From the NCBI RefSeq assembly GCF_040938485.1, contig NW_027270908.1, positions 2,790,001 through 2,854,000 on the forward strand: a stretch of DNA of 64,000 bases, written 5' to 3'. The stretch comes from Diadema antillarum. Lineage: Eukaryota. Of this stretch, positions 55,501 through 63,206 are shown one piece after another; the first letter of the stretch is position 1; the number at the start of each line of letters is the position of its first letter. The position numbers were made by a program, and so were the translations under genes. Under the pieces are notes generated by a model that was not told where the DNA came from, ran no database searches, and saw only the letters and a list, made by a program, of their open reading frames with translations.

Positions 55501-58500
55501 TTTGATTAATTTTGAAAATGAGAAAAATCCATGTTGAAATAAAGGATGAAGACAGATTCAAAGTTAGGTGATTATGTGATTGAAAAGTAATGTCAGGATT
55601 CATCCCTAAATTTGTCGTTTGTTCAAACACTAGTGTGATAATGAATGATATGTGTTAGTCCTAACAATGTTGAATTGAGGATATACATCGTACGTGTCTT
55701 TATTTATTATCATACTTCAGATTGTGATATACACCTACTGGTAATGAACTTTAAAGCATCAGCATAGTACAGTAGCACACTTTTTTTATGGGCATAGCCG
55801 CATATACGTCGCATGGGTGTTGATGCGTGAGCGATTGGTTAGTCTAAGTATACAGACTTGAAATTGTCGCGTGAAGATTTATCGCCACAGGCAGAATCAT
55901 CGTATCTCGGGTTTTGCCTTTAGCCAGTCGGAGACTGGCATAAAGTGAACGAGTTTCATCACCCATCCATACAAACCATGCTTATCTATTACCGCCCTTT
56001 GCGATGATAGTAGCGACCTTTAGTTCTGCGACGCGAACGCGAAGGCGACGCAGACCCCCGCCGGACGGGGAAACAGCTGTCTCGAGTATTTGCAGAACAC
56101 CATTTTTTTGCCAAAATGGCGTCGTCTTACTGTTCGCGTCGCAGATCTAAAGCTCGCTCGTTTCGTCTGTGATTGGAAGTTCATGGTACATAATCATGAA
56201 AACGTTGGCATACATGCTAAAAATGTGCTGTTAGAGGTGCTTTGTTGACTTGTAATTGCCACCGACATATCATAGACAAGGAAAATGGTAGTAATTTGTC
56301 TTGTTTTGTTTCGTTTGGTTTTGTTCTCTTTAATGTAGAAGATGCAGAGCAGGTCGAGTTCCGTCACGTGACCATCAAACCCGACAAAGAGTTCTCGGAG
56401 AAGTACGCCATCAAGGAGATTCTCGGAAAGTAAGTTCTGAGAGTCAAAGTTTATACAAACTTGCCTAATAAAGCTTGTCCCCGACTATCGCGTATAGCTT
56501 GCCCTAGATTTTCCTCCTACAATAGTTTTGTCTGTCATGGCAACAACTAAATGCATACAAAATACATTGCCGGTATAGAAATAAGTTGAGTATACAGGTG
56601 GATGCAATAGCTTGTTACAAAGTCCTTAGATGAGGGATAGAATAGAGAGTTAAATACAGTAGCAAACCTGCTTATATTATAATAATAGTTCATTACCAGG
56701 TCATGCAGGGGAGGGGGGGTATGTCCACACATTTGAAGACATGAAACAGGTGTATTAAATAGGATGATCTGACCCATAAATTATCGATGCACTGCCAGGG
56801 GTCGATTCGGCACAGTACACAAGTGCGTGGACAAGGTGACCGGTAAGGAGTACGCCGCTAAGATGATCAAGACCATCAAGGCTAGCGAGAAGGAGGCTGT
56901 GAGGAACGAGATCGAGGTGATGAACAAACTCCATCACGCCAAGCTCCTGCAATGCCTCGACGCCTTCGAGTCACCCAAGCAGATGATCATGGTGCTGGAG
57001 ATGTGAGTATATGGACCTAAATAATACCCATGTGTGTGTCCGCCGGGTGTCTATGTGTGTGTCCGAGTGTCTATATGTATGTCCTAGTGTCTTTGCGTGC
57101 GTATGTCTACAATGTTTATGGCTGACGTGTTTGTGTGTGCGTATATGTCTATGTTTGTGTGTGCCTCTTTTTGTGTCCGTGTCCGTGTATGTGTCAGTGT
57201 CTCTGAGACTGAGCGTGTCACAGGGAGTGTCTGTCTGTTTTATTTGTGTTTGTGTACTGATACACATTGCAGAGGACATAATGAAATGAGAAGCTCGAAA
57301 GTCTAGATCCTCCAGGGCCAATATTGAATTCATAAATGTGAAATATTGATAGGCAGATTTATTCACAACGAGTAGAGTTGAAGTGTAACTTAGAGGAAGT
57401 GATGAGCTTAATGTGCACGTGGACAGAAAAATTCTGAAATATCAAAAATTGTCAGTATAACGAAAGTTATTGCAACAAACAATAGTTGTATGCCAGCTGT
57501 CCGTAACCACTTGTAGCCGATCAGCTTTTTCTTTGTCAATCTATCAATTATTAAGGTTTCAGGTTGATAAAATTGTCAATGTGACCTGTTATAATTTGCC
57601 TCTTGTGTGTATGTGTGGCGCAGTGTGAACGGCGGAGAGCTGTTCGAGCGGGTCATCGACGACGACTTTTGCCTGACCGAATGTGACGTCATCAAGTTCA
57701 TGCGTCAGATCAGTACGGGCGTGCGTCACATGCACCAGCAGAACATTCTCCACCTGGACCTCAAGCCCGAGAACATCCTCTGCGTCGACAAGACGGGCAG
57801 CCGCATCAAGCTGATCGACTTCGGCCTAGCGAGGGCGTTCAACCCCCGCGAGAGCACCAAGGTCATGTTCGGCACGCCAGAGTTCGTCGCCCCGGAAGTA
57901 ATCAACTACGACGCCATCGGCTTCACCACGGACATGTGGAGCGTCGGGGTCATCTGCTACATTCTGTGAGTGCTCGCCGAAGAAAGATTCTCAAACTTTA
58001 TCTATTGATATTACATGCGATTTTTATCTGTTTATTTATTTATTATTATTATTATTATTTCTTCTTTTTTTGGGGGGGGGGGATAAAGAAAGGTTTATGA
58101 TAAAGGAAAGAAAAGTCTATGCCATGTGAAGAGGTGTTTGTGTGACATCTTAATCAATTTTTCCACATATTTTTCTGGTATAGTTTTGTGCCAAGGTAAG
58201 TCACGGATACCGACATAATATATCAGAGCATTACATATATATCATACTTTACCGAGTTTCTACTTCTCAAGTTGATGTAGAGCGGTGCGGTATGGGTACC
58301 ATGCCCAATTCAGCTACCTCCAACTCACTGTGTAGCTACGTCTGAGCAGTAAGTTGTTTTTTTATCATAAAGTCCATTATCTGGATATACACGCATAGAT
58401 AGTGAAAACCTCGTGATCGCTGATGTAACATTATGATTATCGTTTCGTCCGCCTTCCGCCCCCAGGTTGAGCGGCTTGTCTCCCTTCATGGGCGACAACG

Positions 58501-61500
58501 ACGCCGAGACGCTGAACAACGTGACCCTGGCCGAGTGGGACTTCGAGGACGAGGCCTTCGACGCCATCTCCGAGGACGCAAAGAGCTTCATCGACGGTCT
58601 GCTCATCCAGAAGAAAGAGTTAGTCCGCAAATCCATTGTTTGTTTGTTTGTTTTTCTCTCGAGCTGATTTTAATGTTGTATGTCATATTGCTATTTTAGT
58701 GATAGGATCCGCTCGTCATACATACACTTATTGTAACGCTTTTATATCTTACTTTCCTTAACTTCAAAACGCAATAACTTTACTGCCGATTTATCTTGGT
58801 TCTTATTCATGACATCAAAGGTTTAGACGGTGTCAATAGCTCAGTTTCAAGAGTAATTTCAAGTTACTTAGAAGATGAAACATAGATCATTTTCGGTTAC
58901 TTTTGGGGAGAGAGGAGGAAAAAATGGATACATCTTCAACCTAGTCTCGTATTCCTGTTCAAAAAAAACAAATTAATATATAATACTTAATTATTTCCCA
59001 AACATACCTTTTCAAATACTCTACAGTCCTTCCTTTAAACTTCAGAATAATAATCTATACTTCAAAAAATGCCATTACATGGGATGCTCTATTTTGTTTT
59101 GTTTTCTTGGGGGGGGGGTGTCAATATTATTAGTGCTATGCTTCTTTTGTATAGTCGTTTTGTATTGTTTGTCTCTATGAGGATAATTTGTGGTTCGATT
59201 ATTGAAAAAGGAATTGGAATGAGTACTGCAGTAGACTGTAGATAACTTCTTCGTATCCATGGTTACAGGGAAAGGATGACAGCCGATGGGTGTCTGGAAC
59301 ACAAGTGGCTGCGAAACGACTCCAGTGACCTCAAGAGCAACAAGATCAGCACTGCCAAACTCAAGAACTTTGTGGCAAGGAGAAGGTGGCAGGTACGTTC
59401 ACCTATACCTAGAATATTCCTAAACCAATCATGGCTGAATTTATCGTGAAGGGATGGATTTACCAAGTTTTGAGGGCGATGCAAAAAAAAAACCAACTAC
59501 AACAAAAAGCATATCAATTAAAATGCGGAAGGTCATCAAGTAAATCATGTTCAGCACTGCTAGGAATTACCAATGTTAATACTCAAATGATGCCACCGTC
59601 TTTGAGGGCTACTTGAAATGATTATACAAACAAAAGGAAATATAATGAATTTTGCAAACCCAGTGCTGCAGCGATCTTTGTATTTTTTTACTGCTCTCAT
59701 TAAAGTGGATTTCTTTCAAGATGGCTTTCTCTTTAAAGCTGCTTTATTGGGAATTGGTGCATAAAAAGCTGTGCTTTTTACATCTCGGAAGAGAGTATCT
59801 TTCTCTTTCTCAAATAAGTTTCCCCTTGTTCCCCTTTGTCGCTTCCGTTGCTTTCAAATTCCATATCTATATTCGTTTTTCTTCAATTTCGTTCATTGGT
59901 AGTTGTCATTGTGTACGTATTACTGTGATATCTATTTCCCTTTATGTCATAGTCTGGTATAATCTCCCTCTTGTTTCCCCCCCCCCCCCCAAGCCCCATC
60001 TCCCCTCAAGTTCGTAACATCCTGTATATGTATATGTGTGTATGTGGTGGATATCTTTTCCTTGGGTAATCATTACATGCCATATAAAAGGGTTGGTGAT
60101 AAATTTGGGATGGTTGGGGGAATTTCGCTTTCCATATACTTGTTAATCAAAAGATTGTTCTTATGTTCTTTAGCCATTTTCTCTTTCTCTTTGTATAGAT
60201 ATCTCCCAAGTTATACATGTACTCTCTGTCGACACCAGAGTATATATTGCTTATTTACCTTTGTATATACCTCAAAACGGGCTTATAACAGATCTAAATG
60301 AGTTGCATATAATATATAATGTTTGTTGGTATCTTTTATTGTCTTATTTTAACAATACCGAAGGGTTCCAATGGCAACTCATGCAGCATAATTATTCTCC
60401 TTTTCAACATTAAAAGAAAATTACCGGATAAACTTTGACAAAGCACATGAACAGGTTACCAATTTGAAAGTCTTATCCTGAAGAATACTTGACATAAGAT
60501 ATGTTTTAGGGGGGTTGTTATTATTGAGGGGGCATAAAAAATTCCTTTCTTTCTGTAGCCTATACTCTATTTATGTTTCATCTTGATCTATTTTCTATGG
60601 ACCTACCGTATGTTTTCTTAATTATTGTTCCCGTCTTTCATGTTGTTTGTTCGTTTACCTGTTCTTCGTACGGAGTCTTCTTTCTTTCCTTTCTTATAAA
60701 GAAAAAAGTTCAAAAGAGCTTTTTGCCAAAGGCTGATAAACTTTTTGTTATGAATGTTACTCATGTGTGTCGCAAGTTTTCAAAGTTAAAGGGTAGAAAT
60801 CGTTTTCACATCTTTCTGTTGAAGCAGAGTGGATCAAACGAGTTAGATTCGAGCTCGTCTGATGTGGAAGAATCAACGGACGATGTACGTGTACACGTGG
60901 TATACGGTGCTCGCTTTTTGTGTGCGGTGCTAATACTAACAATCACCAACAACATGTTTGCTTTTATTATTCAAAACAGAGTGGTTTGGGGCGCAATATA
61001 GCCAATGGCGTGGTACTAATATTCGAGGGTTATTTCATATCTTATATCATCTGCGAAGAGGAACTACTAACAGTTTTTTTTTGTTTATAAACCTAATAGC
61101 TCATCTTTTCCTTTTAAGAGTGGGATTGAATTTTTTATGCAAGACTGAGGTTTGAAGTGTTCACAAATCATTCATAAATGCGATTATGATTATCGTCCGT
61201 CGTTGCATTCAATCATAATTTTGTGCTTTACATATCGATAACCTGCTCAATCATTATTTATTCATTTGTCAGTATATTAATAAACTGGACATGCACGCAA
61301 TTAAAATCACGGTTAATCTACGGGTTAAAGAGTCTCTCAAAGTATACATATAATGGGATAGGAATGATAAATATGTCTTGGTTAAAGTCACGTGGGTGCA
61401 AATCAATGTCACCATCCGAGACATGACGTAACAGTGTATTACTTTAGGTCGTCACGGCTCATCTTCACGCATCGTACTGATGCCTCGTAGACACTCAAGA

Positions 61501-63206
61501 AAGATAAAACTGAAGACTTTAAAATAAACGTTTAAAATGCACCTTTATACAGTGGACTCCCGTTATCACGAAGTCCTCGGGACCCACACCGGCAGTTTTC
61601 AAACGTTATATCGAAATTTCTTCATAACCGAACAAATAAACAATAAAAAACAGAGAGCCATTATGTTGCGGCCTGAAAGTTTACTTCGTTGTAACCGGAA
61701 TTTCGTTATAACCGTGTTCGTTATAACGGGAGTGCACTGTAGCTCTTCTCTCATTTGAAGCTCTGATATGACATATTTCGATCGAATAAAACATTGGAAT
61801 TCAAGGTTAATTTTCGACCCTTTCATATGAGAGAAAATAAATGAATCTATCATTAATTCGTGAGAGCCACGTTTTTTGGGGAAAGAGGACGGGATATAAG
61901 GAAGCACTTCTAAAGATCAGCCACTGACGTATTTCGGGCATTTATGAGATGGCTAGTCACGTAAGCACAACTCATGGCCTTGTTAACTCATACCTCATAT
62001 GCAGTGATGCTTCAGTTTATTACTATAATAATTTCTAATTTCATATTCTGATTGACCCAATGACGTCACTCATGTAACATTTCTAAGCTCGTTTTATCTA
62101 ATGCTTTTACTCCATATTTGAGCATCATTATCATAATTTTTTTATATAATTTTGAATAAATTGCTGAAATTTCTTGGAGTGCAACTGGTGTATGCAGAAC
62201 CCAGATCTGACACAGGAAAGCAAAAACTCGTATTCTGTTTAAAATTACAAATTACGCCAACAAGAATTGCGAATTAACATATTTCATTAATTTGAATTAA
62301 TGTTGATTTATCAAGGAAAAGAAAAACTCGTCAGTATACAGAGTGGCGTGAACCAAGTATCATTGAAGAACAAGTGCAACAACTGAACTTCACTGCTCAG
62401 TCATTTCTCGATTGAATGAGACCAATGCTGATATGTATCATCAATTCTAGGTTCTAAATACATTACTAATCGTCATCAACACCATCTCATTTCCACAGAA
62501 AACTGCCACAGCCGTTCGTGCCATCGGGCGTATGGCGTCGCTTTCGCTCTTCGGAAGCGCCAAAAAGTCTGCCGACACCAAGGCCCAGTCCCCGGCGCTT
62601 CCGTCGCCGAAGGAGAAGGTGGAAAGTGAAGCGGCGCTTCCAACGCCTCCCAATAGCGACATCCAAGCAAAGACCGAGTCTTCTGCAGCGCCATCTACGG
62701 CGAAGACCGAAAACACTAAACTCGAGAGCGAGCTTATCGTGCGAGAGGATAGCGTGAAGCTTAATGCGCAACCCAAAGTAGAGGATGTGAAATTAAATGA
62801 CAGCCGATCAGCAAACGACAACAAAAAGGCTAGCGAGGAAGCGGCGAGCGACGGCGCTGACGAAGAAGGAGACGAGGTTGATGGTCTGAGGAAGGATTTG
62901 AACCAGAACATTCCGGGAGCGCCTCACTTCACAAAGGAGATGGTTGACTGCGAGGTCTTCGAAGGAGACAGCGCGCGCTTCGACTGCCGAGTGGCAGGTG
63001 ACCCAGAACCGGATATCAAGTGGTTCCAAGATGGCGTCGAGATCGAGGAGAGCGCTCGATTCATCTTTGACTACGACGACGGCGGCCTGTGCTCGCTGAT
63101 CATCAGGAGGATCCAGGAGGACGATGAGGGGGAGTATTCGATCATGGCAACCAACAGCAAGGGGGAGGCGACATGTGTGGCGGATCTACTGGTGGATGGG
63201 TTCTAG
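10435..63206 (+). CDS. MYLK: Long myosin light chain kinase (MYLK1-like), 21-exon model, about 2351 aa: 11 Ig, 2 DFRxxL, Fn3, CAMK-family kinase, CaM-binding helix, telokin-like Ig
   Basis: Hand-spliced GT-AG exons with consistent phases at every junction, summing to 7056 nt. Diagnostic sequences: YTLLVENELGS..DKPDPP..LTLSWTGSSYDGGS; GKGRFG; HLDLKPEN; FGTPEFVAPEVINY; ARRRWQKTATAVRAIGRMAS. The 5' start is the least certain part. Confidence 0.93.
11023..12614 (+). CDS. MYLK: Exon 2: Ser/Thr/Pro-rich low-complexity region plus Ig1
   Basis: Acceptor ttttttccccattcacAG. The frame is open from 11024, upstream of the ORF-track start at 11402. Contains the I-set Ig PAFIKKP..FSC..VTW..DAGLYTC. Donor T|GTGAGT, phase 1. 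An alternative acceptor at 11032-33 is possible. Confidence 0.9.
18683..19249. mobile_element. TTAA-flanked MITE (Kolobok/T2-like AGG termini)
   Basis: Perfect 20-bp TIR AGGACAAGTTCACCTTCATA / TATGAAGGTGAACTTGTCCT, longer imperfect inverted arms, TTAA on the left and TAAA on the right. Superfamily inferred from termini only. Confidence 0.8.
24139..24196. repeat. 28-29 bp tandem duplication
   Basis: taaccaccataaaa(a)ctcttgaagagggg occurs twice, adjacent. Confidence 0.9.
25782..26075 (+). CDS. MYLK: Exon 3: Ig2
   Basis: ccccctctcAG acceptor; PPFFLQKLSDCEV..LQC..VAW..DDAIYTC; donor G|GTAGGT; phase 1-1. Confidence 0.93.
26213..26436. repeat. About 100-bp direct repeat pair separated by four telomere-like CCCTAA units
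   Basis: Copies at 26213-26313 and 26338-26436 (about six differences); spacer ccctaa ctctaa ccctaa acctaa. Confidence 0.9.
26968..27037. repeat. (CTGT)n microsatellite
   Basis: Direct reading. Confidence 0.95.
27300..27479. repeat. Purine-rich GAA/GAG low-complexity tract running into a gap
   Basis: Direct reading; Ns follow at 27480-27636. Confidence 0.9.
27480..27636. other. Assembly gap
   Basis: Run of N. Confidence 1.
29052..29139 (+). CDS. MYLK: Exon 4: short acidic linker (EIDPPTKSADENTVFNNNPLHIDESDIDP)
   Basis: Not in the ORF track. tttgcAG acceptor and AG|GTGAGA donor. Phase 1 in and phase 2 out, exactly bridging exons 3 and 5. Confidence 0.85.
29523..29896. repeat. Array of 15-bp units AGATACCnnGGTAAT with a palindromic core
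   Basis: Units at 29548, 29563, 29581, 29596, 29637 and 29882, plus a degenerate one at 29523. Confidence 0.8.
29847..29856. promoter_or_regulatory. Perfect CArG box (SRF motif) CCTTATTTGG
   Basis: Matches CC(A/T)6GG. Function unproven; such 10-mers occur by chance in a window this size. Confidence 0.3.
30220..30545 (+). CDS. MYLK: Exon 5: Ig3
   Basis: tattctAG acceptor, phase 2; PQFVTRP..RFCC..VTW..DSGMYTC; donor G|GTAAGC. Confidence 0.92.
31008..31457 (+). CDS. MYLK: Exon 6: linker plus Ig4
   Basis: Tandem TAGCAG acceptor (start 31008 or 31011); PEFLARP..KFVC..VTW..DTGSYVC; donor A|GTAAGC. Confidence 0.92.
31469..31513. repeat. (GAT)15 microsatellite
   Basis: Direct reading; starts 11 nt after the exon 6 donor. 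Confidence 0.97.
32587..32729. mobile_element. Short Tc1/mariner(pogo)-type MITE
   Basis: TA|tagtgaaacctg ... caggtttgactg|TA with internal repeats of ggtggccg. Confidence 0.7.
33382..33818. mobile_element. Second copy of the TTAA MITE family
   Basis: TTAA on both flanks; right TIR TATGAAGGTGAACTTGTCCT identical to the copy at 18683; left arm alignable (cacatcagtgaaagttt..aaaagttat). Confidence 0.8.
33934..34813. mobile_element. 880-bp palindromic dimer of a 440-bp Tc1/mariner-type MITE
   Basis: TA|CAGTATGTCCC ... GGGACATACTG|TA. Monomers 33934-34373 and 34374-34813 are inverted and each has its own TIRs of about 25 bp. Confidence 0.88.
35773..36072 (+). CDS. MYLK: Exon 7: Ig5
   Basis: ttttgccAG acceptor; PEFLEKISDVTV..FVC..VHW..PEDEGEYSC; donor G|GTGAGC. 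Confidence 0.93.
36500..36720. repeat. Trinucleotide low-complexity tract (GTA/GTC/ATG/ATA)
   Basis: Direct reading. Confidence 0.85.
36864..36998 (+). CDS. MYLK: Exon 8: linker plus N-half of Ig6
   Basis: tctgtcacAG acceptor; KPEFVQKLKDIQAIDGNPLSLPVRVKG; donor G|GTGAGA. Confidence 0.88.
37260..37457 (+). CDS. MYLK: Exon 9: C-half of Ig6
   Basis: tcttattAG acceptor; GSPDPEVRWF..EVYPDDAGVYTC; donor G|GTGTGT. Confidence 0.9.
37921..38272 (+). CDS. MYLK: Exon 10: Ig7 plus first DFRxxL motif
   Basis: The ORF track misses the correct frame at the 5' end. Spliced frame reads ENDFDGCPPKFLQKPRSINIDEGSSVTLSC..TDAGSYTC..EEQTDFRSLLKSR. Donor AG|GTATGT, phase 2. Confidence 0.93.
38593..38834. other. 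Assembly gap in the intron between the two DFRxxL exons
   Basis: Run of N. Confidence 1.
39012..39283 (+). CDS. MYLK: Exon 11: second DFRxxL motif plus N-half of Ig8
   Basis: ttccactgcAG acceptor, phase 2; QVDFRHVLTRHV..PVFTRPLTDLEV..FEC..ITW; donor G|GTGAGA. Confidence 0.92.
39405..39698. mobile_element. Degenerate MITE with AGGGAGCTYTAGAT termini (possibly PIF/Harbinger-like)
   Basis: Left agggagctctagat, right atctaaagctccat; termini related to the element at 56012. TSD not clear. Confidence 0.5.
42314..42540. repeat. Two (TTGT)n microsatellites
   Basis: Approximately 42314-42372 and 42498-42540. Confidence 0.9.
43742..43858 (+). CDS. MYLK: Exon 12: C-half of Ig8
   Basis: Not in the ORF track. 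ctccaattcAG acceptor; DNVAKLLIAEAFPEDEGDYTCTATNDVGQVSCSADLTVQ completes the Ig begun in exon 11; donor G|GTACCA. Confidence 0.92.
43890..44640. repeat. Degenerate (GATA)n tract spanning a gap
   Basis: gata/gaca units around Ns at 43975-44121. Confidence 0.85.
43975..44121. other. Assembly gap
   Basis: Run of N. Confidence 1.
44793..45446 (+). CDS. MYLK: Exon 13: Pro/Val/Glu-rich linker plus Ig9
   Basis: ctatttcacAG acceptor; PPAFLEGGLRDVTV..LKC..IHW..DDAGTYTC; donor G|GTAAGT. Confidence 0.93.
48151..48200. repeat. (CTT)n microsatellite
   Basis: Direct reading. Confidence 0.97.
48248..51672. mobile_element. 3.4-kb non-autonomous DNA transposon with 4-bp TSD and subterminal 14-mer repeats
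   Basis: TTCT|GGGCAATTCCG ... CGGAATTGCCC|TTCT; eight copies of GGTAACGGAATTAC clustered near the two ends; no intact transposase ORF. Confidence 0.8.
54328..54609 (+). CDS. MYLK: Exon 14: Ig10 (pre-Fn3 Ig)
   Basis: tctacAG acceptor; ..DAGRYTLLVENELGSDEATINVSVL; donor G|GTGAGA. Confidence 0.93.
55057..55407 (+). CDS. MYLK: Exon 15: fibronectin type III domain
   Basis: ttccAG acceptor; DKPDPPVGKP..LTLSWTGSSYDGGSRITGYVIE..YIFRISSENEFGIS; donor C|GTAAGC. Confidence 0.94.
56012..56158. mobile_element. 147-bp MITE with 27-bp TIRs
   Basis: agcgacctttagttctgcgacgcgaac / gttcgcgtcgcagatctaaagctcgct (two mismatches). TSD not evident. Confidence 0.75.
56339..56429 (+). CDS. MYLK: Exon 16: pre-kinase linker and start of the kinase Gly-rich loop
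   Basis: Long polypyrimidine tract plus TAG; QDAEQVEFRHVTIKPDKEFSEKYAIKEILG(K); donor AA|GTAAGT, phase 2. Confidence 0.92.
56799..57002 (+). CDS. MYLK: Exon 17: kinase N-lobe
   Basis: No + strand ORF in the track. GRFGTVHKC..YAAKMIK..NEIEVMNKLHH..MIMVLE; donor AT|GTGAGT. Confidence 0.95.
57030..57260. repeat. Degenerate GT-rich low-complexity tract
   Basis: Direct reading. Confidence 0.85.
57624..57965 (+). CDS. MYLK: Exon 18: kinase catalytic loop and activation segment
   Basis: VNGGELFERVIDDDF..HLDLKPENILC..IKLIDFGLAR..FGTPEFVAPE..DMWSVGVICYI; donor CT|GTGAGT. Confidence 0.97.
58466..58618 (+). CDS. MYLK: Exon 19: kinase C-lobe
   Basis: LSGLSPFMGDNDAETLNNVTLAEWDFEDEAFDAISEDAKSFIDGLL; donor GA|GTTAGT. 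Confidence 0.95.
59269..59392 (+). CDS. MYLK: Exon 20: end of kinase, autoinhibitory segment, N-half of CaM-binding helix
   Basis: Not in the ORF track in this frame. ERMTADGCLEHKWL..KISTAKLKNFVARRRWQ; donor CAG|GTACGT, phase 0. Confidence 0.94.
61550..61739. mobile_element. 190-bp Tc1/mariner(pogo)-type MITE
   Basis: TA|CAGTGGACTCCCGTTATCACGAA ... TTCGTTATAACGGGAGTGCACTG|TA (23-bp TIR, two mismatches, TA TSD). Confidence 0.88.
62057..62121. promoter_or_regulatory. Motif cluster in the last intron: CCAAT, CRE (TGACGTCA), one-mismatch CArG (CCATATTTGA)
   Basis: CCAAT 62057-61, TGACGTCA 62061-68, CCATATTTGA 62112-21. Motif match only. Confidence 0.25.
62499..63206 (+). CDS. MYLK: Exon 21: C-half of CaM-binding helix, linker, telokin-like Ig11, stop
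   Basis: catttccacAG acceptor, phase 0; KTATAVRAIGRMAS..PHFTKEMVDCEVFEGDSARFDCRVAGDPEPDIKWF..GEATCVADLLVDGF, then TAG. Confidence 0.95.
   Translation, partial: KTATAVRAIGRMASLSLFGSAKKSADTKAQSPALPSPKEKVESEAALPTPPNSDIQAKTESSAAPSTAKTENTKLESELIVREDSVKLNAQPKVEDVKLNDSRSANDNKKASEEAASDGADEEGDEVDGLRKDLNQNIPGAPHFTKEMVDCEVFEGDSARFDCRVAGDPEPDIKWFQDGVEIEESARFIFDYDDGGLCSLIIRRIQEDDEGEYSIMATNSKGEATCVADLLVDGF

Noticed and set aside
60080-60091. CCATATAAAAGG as a CArG box
   Set aside because: It has eight A/T bases between CC and GG, not six.
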